A stretch of 63,018 nucleotides of DNA, counting the filler, from Salisapilia sapeloensis CBS 127946 (taxonomy: Eukaryota > Protista > Oomycota): NCBI GenBank assembly GCA_023334545.1. It is 9 parts of 9 records of this genome, joined end to end, with 100 filler letters (N's around TTAATTAATTAA, not from the genome) between each part and the next. Parts side by side here need not be neighbours in the genome. Positions count along the whole stretch, not along the records: positions 51,795 to 53,198 come from JAADVB010001161.1; positions 53,299 to 63,018 come from JAADVB010000460.1; 7 more parts are not named here. One strand, written 5' to 3'. Each line of letters starts with the position of its first letter. Position 1 is the first letter of the stretch. A program made the position numbers and the translations under genes. Below, piece by piece: positions 51,795 through 62,473 of this stretch. The notes below the pieces were generated by a model. It did no database searches and was not told where the DNA came from. It saw only the letters and a list, made by a program, of their open reading frames with translations.

Positions 51795-52843
51795 CCTTCG
51801 CTCTTGAGCTTGTTCCGATCGTACCAGTTGATCAGCTTTAGGCCTAACATTTGATGCATCGTACCTGCTTTCACATGAAAGAATCGTCGCATAAATGCCC
51901 TTCGATTCTCTTGAACTCCGGGGCCATCCTGAATGAGGTCCTGGATGGTGAAGTTGCTGGTGACAAGGACAGTGGTGTTAGTGATCTGGGGTGTCTTGTA
52001 CTTTTGATCGACAGCGAATCCCGCTTCATCGCACAGTGTCTTGACAAAGTTGATGCTAAGCTTATCCAACGCATCGTGGTCGAGATCTTCAAGCATAACA
52101 TGCGTATGCACCTTGGGATTGTACAGATCGAAGAAACGATTGTACAGATTCTTCTTATAGTAGGCTGGATAGATGTACGCGAGGAGCTGCGTCTTACCTT
52201 CACCGGCAAATCCGTGTAGCCAGATATGTGGATGTCCCTTGTTACCAGCGTGTGGCTTTGTTTGATCAAGCATGGCTTTAATTCGCTCTCCATAGATCAA
52301 GTAGTTTCGTGGGAACTTGTGGAAGGCTTCTTGTTCTCGTCCTCCTTCGATGTCGGATTTGATTTCGACAATGATTTCGTCGATTTTTCGCTTTTTCTCT
52401 TCTTCCGAGGCTTTAGTAATTGTGCCTCCTTTGTCTTGTGGAAGATCTCCAGCCTCAAAGATAACTCGTTCGTTGTTGTTGACTTTGCTGAACTCTTTCG
52501 TGTGGTGATCGCGCCATCCGGAGTAAGGGAGATCTCGGTTCCTCGGCACAAGATAATAACCGTTTCCAGCTTTGACACCCCAATTTTTAAGCAGGGCTGA
52601 TTTGCTTGTTCGGTTGTTGAGGATGGCTGCAACGTGGATGTGTCGGACTTCGTAGTCGTCTTGGAATGGCTTGGTTCCGATCTCAACACCTCCGATAAGA
52701 ATGTATCGAAACTTTCCGGCATCGTTTTCTCGCTTGATGGAGGAGACAATGTTGTTGAGGGCCTCGTCGGTTTGGACGTTGAATCGTGCATCCCACTCGC
52801 GGTCTTGTGCTCTGAAGGATACCGTGCGTTGTGCGTTGAACAT
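51795..52843 (-). CDS. CRESS-DNA-virus-like Rep (HUH endonuclease + superfamily 3 helicase), 3'-partial; probable endogenous viral element
   Basis: Motif I-like WDARFN (aa 17-22), HUH motif HIHV (68-71), Walker A GFAGEGKT (211-218), Walker B VMLED, B' VDQKY, motif C VTSN, arginine finger AFMRRF. No stops or frameshifts in 349 codons. Confidence 0.9.
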
Positions 52844-52846
52844 GGC

Positions 52847-52862
52847 AAATTGCCGAATGAAC
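52847..52862 (-). promoter_or_regulatory. INR+FPR core promoter of the Rep gene
   Basis: Minus strand GTTCATTCGGCAATTT (15/16 match), followed by GCC-ATG. Confidence 0.7.
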
Positions 52863-52964
52863 TGACACTGGCAAGAGCTTTTGAATGGTGCATCTCATGC
52901 GTCTAGAAGTGCGATGTGCGTTGAGATATTGCAGGATACTTTTTTGCGATCTTGTTGACACGTT

Positions 52965-53198
52965 TGTGACCCTTCAGACATTACGTACCCATAAGTCATG
53001 CGATCTTTTGACTAAAATTAGTCACTGATTGAACCATATGTGTTACTACGCGATATTTCACAAGGATGTTTCTGAACATGCATTCCGAGTAGGAATGATT
53101 GCCTGAATGATGGTATGAATGTATGTATGATTAGACCTCGGACTAATCTGGTCGGACCAGGTTACACATCTGATCCCCTTTCCTATTGGATCGTTACA
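52965..53198. repeat. Possible LTR or element terminus upstream of Rep
   Basis: Starts TGTGAC and ends CGTTACA exactly at the contig edge; CGTTACA is the reverse complement of the TGTAACG LTR start at 29844. Several short inverted repeats lie inside. Confidence 0.35.
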
Positions 53199-53298
53199 NN
53201 NNNNNNNNNNNNNNNNNNNNNNNNNNNNNNNNNNNNNNNNNNTTAATTAATTAANNNNNNNNNNNNNNNNNNNNNNNNNNNNNNNNNNNNNNNNNNNN
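53199..53298. other. Assembly gap spacer
   Basis: 44 N + TTAATTAATTAA + 44 N. Confidence 0.99.
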
Positions 53299-54489
53299 GG
53301 AGTATAGCTGTACTTCTACGGCAACCAGTTCCAGTCAGATACACATCAAGAGGCTGAACAGCGTGCCACGAAACATAGGATACTGCCAACCCCTTTTGCA
53401 TGAATTGCCTTGAATATATAAACCTAGACCGTGTTCGGACTGACTACCGACTCGGCATAATTGCGGATACATCTATTGTAATTCTATTCATGATGATCGA
53501 ATTGGGCAATTCCGCGTACGCTGAGAATAGCCGATTTCATTTACCACTTGCCATTGGAAACCTAACGTGATTCTTCAAGACAACTTTTCCACCAATATAG
53601 GAATATATAAGCAAGTGATCATTCATCTTTAGTAAAACGATAGGGAGAGGTCTTCAAGAAGACTCTAAGGCACGCCTGGGTCTCGAGATGTGCAAATTTG
53701 AAAAAGCGCGCAAAAGACTAGGTAAGCTTTTTGCTTTACTGCGCTATTGAGCTCTTCGCTATTATTTCGGAGCAGGCGAGGTACAGTGTTGGACGGAATA
53801 ACTAGGTGATACTTGTGACTCGCACTGTACAACGTCCCACTGAAATGGCGAAGAGCTCAGTGTTGCAAATAAATCGAATGCGACTTCAACCTAAATGGCT
53901 TCTGAGGATACGCTCGACGCTATGACCCGCCAAAGCTTGGCTGAAGAGCGAACGATACACGTGGATAGAAAAGGAAAGGTAGAGAGCGATGTAAGCATAG
54001 GATGTGCCGCCAAAGACTTCAATGATTCCTATTCTGGGTTTTGCGAGTTTGGTCATGATGCCTATTACCCGCTCAATATTACCCGCTTTTCTGCTCAACA
54101 TACACAGCGTTTCTATTCTTGTTTACTTTTAATATTCTGCCAGGTTGACTTTTAGACACAGTGGAAACTGCTCTCGAATAATACCATGATTTCTCATCAT
54201 CTTTCATTATGACCATGATATATGGAGAATGATGAGAAAATGGACAGGAAATTTTCAAACCGCGTTGATCATGCGTCTGATAAGCTGCGAAGGTCTAGCT
54301 AGATTAAGTTTCTAGCTTCATCTCTTTCTAAATCTATGCAGCAAGAACAATATTTGTCATAAGTCCTGAGTCGGTAATAGAGATTTTTAAACTTCACAGA
54401 AATGAAACGGATATGGGATGCGTAAGACTGGCACAGTCATGCGACTCTAAGATTGTGAAGAATTTGCATTCTCCATTCCCTCTTTAAGT

Positions 54490-57058
54490 ATGGCAGCTCC
54501 AGCATTTCAAAAGCAGACGACGTTAAAGAAGACAGGATGGAGTGAGCACCGGTATGAAGACTTACTCCAGCAGATTGTTCAGTTAAACGCTGACCTCGAG
54601 AAAACGGCAGCATACAGTCAAACGATGCAAGAGGAACGTGATGAGACTCTCAAGTTAAACGGGCAAGTACGGAATTTTATGCTGTGTTGAAAGCTACAAA
54701 TCGATTTTCACTCTTACACTGTGCTAGTTGAAAGAAGAGGTTACCAAAGTTCACGAGCGATGTGAAAAGCTACAACTAATCCTCATGCAGCAAACGGAGC
54801 AAAAGGTTTGTATTAATATCGTTCTGTGGCCTACGTATGGATGACTAAGACGACTATAGATCGAGACAGATAAGCAACATGAAGAGTTGATTGCCAAGTG
54901 GAAGAAACAGCTTCATGCGAAGACAAAAGCATTTACAGAGTTGCAAAAGAAGTTAGCTCCACCGCGAGATTTAGAGCAGCTTCGATTACAGATTCAAGAT
55001 GAAGTGGAAGAGCCTCATCAGCGGAAAGTTGCTGCTTTGCAAGAGCAAGTAGAACGGCACCGACAGGAAGCTTTTAGCATGAGGAGAGAGTACGAGCTTT
55101 TAAAGACTAGCTATGAGCAAATGACCGTCAACCAAGTACGTTTTTTTCGTCCCATGCAAGTCGAAACTCTTCTATAGCTATAGCACGTAGACGCACGAAT
55201 TGTCAAGTCTTCAAAACTCATATGAAGCAAAGGTGGATGCATTGAAAGGACAAGTTAATAACCTTTCGGAAGAACTTGATAGTGTGTACGATGAAGACGT
55301 AGTGAAAAAGTTGCGAAGTGAAAAGCAATCAATGAAAATAGAACAAGAGATACTGCGTAAGGAAGTACAGGTAAGTAGTCTTGCTGTCTCTGTATGACTA
55401 GAATAAAATGTTTCTATCGGGTAATATTAAATACAGAGTATTCGTGCGGAGATGAAAGGTGTACTGGAGGATACGGCAAAAGAGAAGCATAGGCAAGAGA
55501 TGGAGTGGAATGATCTTAGTGCTTTAAATGCCAAGTTAGAACTGGACGTTAAGGAGCTACAGCGAAGTCTTACAAAAGCTCAGCAAGAGTGCCAAAAGCT
55601 GCAAGCTGCATACACCAAGTGTCAAAGTAATTTCGACTTGCTTTCGAATGAGTTAGAAGAAACCAAGGACCAGCTTCGACTAAAGGAGAAGGAGGTCGAA
55701 GACACTACACGCAGTCATGACTCTCGGTATTTATCGTTTAATATGCTACTATATACCGTGTTTTGAATTTGCGTTGTAGGTTGCAGAAAGAGATAGAGGA
55801 AAGGGAGGAAGAGAAAGCTACCTTCCAGGTACAGTATACTTGACCATTCTAGGAATAAAACCAGTGCTAAAGAGATTGTGTGCGCCGAGTAGGAGAAAGA
55901 GGATAAGCTGAGATATAGTCTCCAGCAAAGCGAAGAGCTGGCGGAAGCGTATCGTCAAAAGCTATCCAAAGCTTCTTCCGAGGATTATGAAGACCAGAGC
56001 GTAGCTAGACTTCAGCAGAAAGAGGATCAAATTCGAAAGCTACAAGGACAGATTAATGTCCAAGAGAATGAAATCCGGAAGAACGATCATGAATTTAAGG
56101 AGCGTCGAGAGAAATTGGAGAGTGAAATCTGTCAATTGAGCACTGATAAATCTGGTTTACTCTCAGAACTGGAAACTACAAAAGAGGAAGCGCAGACATG
56201 GAAAGCGAAGTTCAACACAGCTAGTGCATCGGTGGGGAAAATCATTAGAATTGTCTCAAGGCATATATAGTAACTGCTTTGCGTTTATAGCTGACAAAGA
56301 CGAAGGGTGAGCTACAGACATTAAAGACACGCCTTCAGCATGTGCAGGCTGAATGGAGTCAGCTCCAAATCCAACACAAGTAAGTGACCTGGTATTTCTT
56401 ACCTTTGCTTTCTAGTAACAGCATGTACAGGTCATCCTTAGAGGATTATGAGAGCATCAAAGCTCAGCTACAAGACAGTCAAGCGCAGGTACATTTGCAT
56501 ACAACGAAGCAAATGAAATAGAATCTAAGGCGAATGCATACTAACGGTAGGTATCATCACTCGAGTCAGAGTATGCAGAGCTACAGGAAAGAGTAGAAAA
56601 TGAAAGAGACGAGTACAACATCATGGTCGCTGACTTACGAGTAAGTGCAACCCCCACCACTTATCTTTCCAGCTCGCTCATCAAGATGCTTTATCAGCAC
56701 AAGCTATCCTCTCGAGAAGGTAGCTATCGCTCCCAAGTCAAACGTCTCAAGAAAGACACGACCGAAGCATTAACAAAAGCTTTAAAGCAGCTCACGAAAG
56801 CTCAAAAGGTAGTAATTAACCTTTTTCCATCCGATTCTCGATACTCACAACATGTAACAGAAAGCAGAAGCATATAAACGCAAGTGTGTGGAGGTCCATG
56901 GTCAGCTCAAGACGCTTTCAAATGAACACGTGGATGGAGAGGCGACGGTAGCTGAGCTCCAGCGACAGCACACGGCTGAAGTCGAAAGCCTGCTACAACA
57001 ACTTGGTGATCTCGAGACCGACAAGACTGAACTACTTCAGAAACGATGGCAACAATGA
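54490..57058 (+). CDS. CEP83: Multi-exon coiled-coil centriolar distal appendage protein, CEP83/CCDC41-like
   Basis: About a dozen short GT..AG introns (first donor 54667). All coiled coil. The segment DLEQLRLQIQDEVEEPHQRKVAALQEQVERHR..LRREYELLK resembles the conserved CEP83 core as recalled, not searched. Stop TGA 57056-58. Confidence 0.7.
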
Positions 57059-57068
57059 ATGTTTTTCT

Positions 57069-59138
57069 TTATGCTGCCTGTTCCTCTCGCATGATCTCTT
57101 CTAGATGGTCGTACGTGTACAAGGAAGACGTGTGTCCGTCACTCCAGGACACTGCAAATGCGTAATTTCCCTACAAACGTTTCTGTGAGACTATGAAGGA
57201 ATAAGATGTGGTTGATGTCAAGTACCTTGCGTTCGACACTTTCGGGACGAATGTCGTTGTCGATCGTCTCTGGATCCAATTTCTACATGACCATTAGTCT
57301 CCTATATAGCTGCACCTGTATGGTAAATTTGTACCTGTTGACCAGTGAATTCATCAATGCACTGCGCACATCGACACCTAGATCATTACTCTTTTACTAC
57401 TACATCTTGTTATGTTTTTAAGGAGCCAAGTACCTCGCTCGAAGGTCGGCTGCATGGACAATGACTTCCGCAGCTTCGTTGCGAGAGTACTTGCGTAGGA
57501 CAATAGCTTTCCGAGTCGTGTCGTACAAGAGTTCTGGAGCTTCCTTGGCTTGCTGTTTTTGAACAAACACTTCCTTGGCGACCTGTAGATCACTTGTATT
57601 AGATACAAACGAGGTGGATGGAATTTATAGTCCTACAGCTTTTGCTAGTTCCGTGTACGTCGTTACTTGCTCCGTATCGTCATTCGACAGGACGTATGGA
57701 CTAATGATGTATATAAGAAACAAAGTAGGGAAAAGGACAGTGAGGATGCTACCGTCCAGAGTCCGCAGTTGCGCTAAAGGTGTCCGAGATGGGGAGCTGG
57801 AAGATGTTGGATAGCGAGTACTTTTCCACTAGTTCATCCGTATGTCCTTTGCCTAGACATTCACTACGATTTAGTACATTCCTAGCGTCTAGATCTTTAT
57901 AATTAGTACCGAAAGGATAGTGGCGATGACCATGGACGCAGTCAAAGTACGACATGTTCTCCACGACTGCTGTCGTCGGTACCTACGTCTGTATGAGCAA
58001 TTGCATACTGAACGAGCGATGGATGCAGTACTTTTAGGTCGTTGAACATGGAAATGCCCTTCTCCACGTCCACAAAACTCAATCTCTGAGGCGTCGTTAC
58101 GACGACTGCGCCTGCCATCGGCAGTTGTTGAGATAAGGAGATCTGGATGTCGCCTGTTCCAGGTGGCATGTCCACCACCAGGTAATCCAATTCACCCCAA
58201 CGAGTGCCTAGAACTAGTTGATCTACTAATTTGGAGACCATCGATCCTCGCATGACTGCTGCTCCGACACCTAAGGAAGCCATGGAATGGTTAATACGCT
58301 GCTACTGTGTCTAGCGTAGAGAACATACCACCAGCTCCAGGAGCAGCGTGTTGGTTGACGAATCCAAAGGACATGCACTTGACTCCTTCGTACTCGAGTG
58401 GTTCAATGAGATGAGGGTCTTCCGCGGAATATCGGATGGACTTATCGGAAGGTGAGACCATGGTCGGGAGTGACGGACCGTAGATGTCTGCGTCTAACAG
58501 ACCGACTTTGGCACCCATTTTGGACAATCTAACATGTACGTGAGTTATGTTGATTAAAAAAAGTGGATAGGACGTACGTATAGGCGAGGTTGACAGCGAC
58601 GGTGGATTTACCCACGCCACCTTTGCAGCTGGAGACGGCGAGGACATCGCCGACGTTAGCGAGGGCAGATAAGCGACTGACGTGGGTGTTGCGAGGTCGT
58701 GGGAAGGAGATGTCGATGTTGGCTTCTTTGAACCAGTCGCATGTCGCCAGCTTTGTCTGCGCTTGTTCCTTCCACTGCATCATCCAAGGTGTCAGTACCA
58801 GAAAGTAGAGAGGACGTCATAAGAGGAATATACGTTGTCTGCAAGATGGTGCAATGCTGGACTCGGTGCCTCTAGTCGGAATTGCACCTTACCACTGGAT
58901 GCATCTACTTGCAAGTCCTATAAATGCATTTAATGATTGATATAGAAGCTGCGTCAATATGCGAGAACGAAATGCCTACTTTCACACGTCCTAACGACAC
59001 GATATCACTCATGCCAATATCATCCGATATCGTTCTCAATGCATTCATTGCTTGGGACTCCATTTCAGCAGCTTTACGCACTGAAAAAGCTCGAGAAAGC
59101 CATGAAGCTCGTGGACGTAGCCATCGATTGGCGAGCAT
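57069..59138 (-). CDS. HCF101: HCF101-like Mrp/NBP35 Fe-S cluster scaffold ATPase, multi-exon, with mitochondrial-type presequence
   Basis: Deviant Walker A SCKGGVGKST, DADIYGPS, DYLVVDMPPGTGD, VTTPQ, ENMSYFDC. N-terminal DUF59-like region and C-terminal DUF971-like region (CRCAQCIDEFTG...GNYAFAVSWSDGH). N-terminus MLANRWLRPRASWLSRAFS. Confidence 0.88.
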
Positions 59139-59307
59139 TTTGATTAGTGTCCGATGATGTGGTCTTATTATCCGGGTCACATACAACTTCCTAATAAGCG
59201 TATCCGGATAAATATCTTGAAACGTCGCGGCTTGATATGCGGTGGCTAAGAGATGATCAAAGTATACTTTATTTAAGTTAAAAGTTTTTTAACAATCGAA
59301 TGCTCGT

Positions 59308-60385
59308 TTAACGATTTTCCTGATATGCAACGAAGCCGATGAGGTCTTGTAGCGGTTCGAGTACTTTTCGAATGTAGTTAACGGTCGGCTCCATCTCGCG
59401 TCCACAGAATCGAAGGATGCAGCCTGTATCGCCTAGTGGACTGCATGCCGCTAGTACTTGCTGGTTGATCGCATCTAAACGTCCTTGTGGTGTGATGTCG
59501 TTTGCATGTTGTAAAGCTTTTCGTTGGTTGGATGCGATGAGGGAAGATGCAAGTGGCTGGAAGAGCTCTCCAACGAGTACGACGATGCCAAAGACATGCA
59601 TACCGACCATTCGAGATCTCAAACTTGTGCTTTCCTCATCTAAATTAATCTTCAGATTGTGTCTACATGCAGCTAGTGGACATATGCACCTCGGAGTATA
59701 ACACGATCATGTAGTAGTTTCTGCCCGTCTAGAAAGATTTCGTTCCAACTTTCGTACTCGTCTAGTAGCCAACTCTCATGCTCTTCCTCCCGTTGGAAAT
59801 CATGGAGAGAGTAAGTACGTTGTCGACCACTACTTGCCCAATCAACAAGCACTAGATTCGCGTTCTTGTCGAGGCGGAACGTTTGTCGTTGCTTATACTT
59901 GGATTGCCGAAAGCACGTGACAGGGTCTGGGAGAAAAGCAAGCGTTGCATTCGCTTGGATCGTCAAATCATACGTTTGTGAGGCAGACAAAGTACTGATG
60001 GAACGAAACACTTTGGTCGTTGCTTGGGTACATAATACGACTGAATAGCATACGGTTCGTCAGCACGTTCAAAGAAACAAGGTGATGTAGCAGGATACCC
60101 TTCGTGTCAGGATGTAGCACGACGTCAATCGTGACTGTATCCCCTCCTACGAGTCCACCACCATAGCCTAGCATGTACTATACAAAAAACGACATGAAAT
60201 GGGCGATGAGGAAAATGGCGATGATAGACGAAGCAGCCTACTGTGACAATCGTGTCGAATTGCGCACGGATAGAAGCACGAGGGTGGAGGAACTTGAGAG
60301 GGTATGTAGCGAAAACGTACGTGGCAGTCGTGGCGCCGCCAACGATTTCATACGTGAGCTTCCCCTCCGCCGCTGCGGCACGCAT
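59308..60385 (-). CDS. ureD: Urease accessory protein UreD, multi-exon
   Basis: TYPLKFLHP, YGGGLVGGD, TQATTKVFR, LAFLPDPVTCF, LVDWASSGR. Confidence 0.9.
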
Positions 60386-60943
60386 ATTGCGATTATCAGG
60401 TCGTGTCACGAGGTTGTGTTATTGTACCTTGGTTGTACCACATCAACCCTTTTGAAAAAATGACGAAATACAGACTCATGTCTACGTAGGATGCGCTAGC
60501 TGAAGTTCTTTAACTTACGAACACGACTGGTCTGCTTGCACGTCTTCTACTTCCATGCACGACGAGATCTTTCCCATCCTCCAAGCAGCAAGTTCAAGAT
60601 GATGACATCAACTCCTATTTAATGGATATCAAGAAGCTGCGTCGTTGTGGCTTTACACAAGCATTTAAGGGTAACAAAATCGTTGTATGACGTTTAAGCA
60701 AAGGTACATGTGAATGGGTAGGAAGTCAAAAGACAAAATCGTAGCCAATATACCGACATTCATTTACTATGTGCACATCCTAAATGCCTAAAACACATCT
60801 TTCGGTATACGAATAATAGGTTCAAAAACTGTTCCTCGAACATGTCATCGCGTGCAATTACTAATGATGCAGTAATCATCGCCTGTGACTTCGGAAGCTG
60901 CTCTCTAGCGACGCACACAATTGCTTCCTTCGTGCTCGCGATC

Positions 60944-62473
60944 ATGGAGGCCCACGATCAATCACAACACAATTCGCTCCCGTCGACAGCAGGCACAAAG
61001 ATGCTCGATAAAGCTGAAATCAGTAGCGACCTGCAGTCGCTCCAGAATCAAATGGAGGAACTATTGGCGGTCACGAAAGCCCACGCGTCCTATTCCAGCA
61101 AATCCCGGGAAGAGCTCGAGCACCAAGTGTCCGTATTGGAGCAAAAGCTTAATGCAATGACGCAGGAACGTAATTACTGGCGACGACAATGTGAAGAGCT
61201 AACGCAAAAGCATGAAAAGAGTATTGAGAAGGAGCTTCAGTGTGTCAAGAGCAGACCTCGTCGACGAACTAATTCGGAGCTTTTATTGCTCACCACAGCA
61301 TTGGGGTCGACACGCAAGTCCATGACATCCTCCACAGTCGATGAAGGCTCGAGCGAAAGCTCCTCCTCTTCGAATGGTGATGATGTAAACATTTCTAGGT
61401 CCTCCTTCCGCCTCCTCCAGTGCTCCGATGAGCAATGTGAAGTCTTTACGCCCATGCATCGTAGCATCCAGACTCGTCACCGGTCTCAGAATAACGTTCA
61501 GTTTATGTGGGAAGAAGCTCCTTCGCGCGTTTTGATCGTCAAGAAGCCAAACGTCCATCGCGTGACGAACCAGCTCATTCGCATCGCCAATTGGTTCGTA
61601 CAGGAAAAAGGCATGAGCGTCGTCGTCGAGCCACAGGTCGACAATGAAGTAAAGGGACGAGTGGATGGTGTCGAGACGTGGGAAGGAGAACGGGAGTGGA
61701 AGGAGATGCAGATGAGCATCGACTTTGTCGTCAGTCTCGGAGGCGACGGTACGGTCTTGTGGGTGTCCCAGCTCTTTAATGAGAACGCTCCACCCATCCT
61801 GAGCTTTGCCATGGGCAGTCTCGGCTTCCTCACGCCGTTTGCCATCGAAGACGACGTCCAGCACCTCACGGGTATGATCGAAGGTGGCTTTAATCTCACC
61901 CTCCGATCTCGTCTCGTGGGTGAAGTCTATCGCTCGAATGGTGACCAAGTGTCTTTGCTAGAGACCAACCACGCTTTGAATGAGATCGTGATCGATCGAG
62001 GACCGTCCGGTGCGCTCGTGGACCTCACGTGCTACTGCGACGGACTGGAAGTCACGAAGATTGCAGCGGATGGCATCATCCTCGCAACACCCACGGGCTC
62101 TACGGCGTATTCGCTGTCGGCAGGAGGATCCATCACCCATCCGTCCGTGCCGACGATGCTCTTTACGCCTATCTGCCCTCACACTCTGTCCTTCCGACCG
62201 CTCTTGTTTCATGATAGTGCTACGTTAAAGATCGAGTTTCCGCTTACGAGTCGAGCTGAGAGTGCGTACGTGAGTTTCGATGGGAAGAAACGAGTGCTAT
62301 TGTATCGAGGAGACTATGTGCTAGTGAAAGTGAGCTCGTATCCTTTGCCATCGGTTTGCCGAGTAGATGAAAATCAAGATTGGTTTGATAGCATCTCGAC
62401 CAACTTGAGTTGGAATCAACGAAGGCAGCAAAAGCCATGGAGTTTGGAAGGAGAGTACGTGCGAGAAGAGTAG
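60944..62473 (+). CDS. NADK: NAD kinase with N-terminal coiled coil
   Basis: GGDGT, NE, DGIILATPTGSTAYSLSAGG, PICPHTLSFRP. Start at MEAHDQ (ORF is open from 60842). Confidence 0.93.
   Translation: MEAHDQSQHNSLPSTAGTKMLDKAEISSDLQSLQNQMEELLAVTKAHASYSSKSREELEHQVSVLEQKLNAMTQERNYWRRQCEELTQKHEKSIEKELQCVKSRPRRRTNSELLLLTTALGSTRKSMTSSTVDEGSSESSSSSNGDDVNISRSSFRLLQCSDEQCEVFTPMHRSIQTRHRSQNNVQFMWEEAPSRVLIVKKPNVHRVTNQLIRIANWFVQEKGMSVVVEPQVDNEVKGRVDGVETWEGEREWKEMQMSIDFVVSLGGDGTVLWVSQLFNENAPPILSFAMGSLGFLTPFAIEDDVQHLTGMIEGGFNLTLRSRLVGEVYRSNGDQVSLLETNHALNEIVIDRGPSGALVDLTCYCDGLEVTKIAADGIILATPTGSTAYSLSAGGSITHPSVPTMLFTPICPHTLSFRPLLFHDSATLKIEFPLTSRAESAYVSFDGKKRVLLYRGDYVLVKVSSYPLPSVCRVDENQDWFDSISTNLSWNQRRQQKPWSLEGEYVREE

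Noticed and set aside
51795-52843. Helitron or parvovirus NS1 interpretation of the Rep ORF
   Set aside because: Helitrons use a PIF1 (SF1) helicase. The compact Rep-sized layout (Walker A at aa 211, then B', C and Arg finger) fits CRESS Rep better than NS1, though only a phylogeny can settle this.
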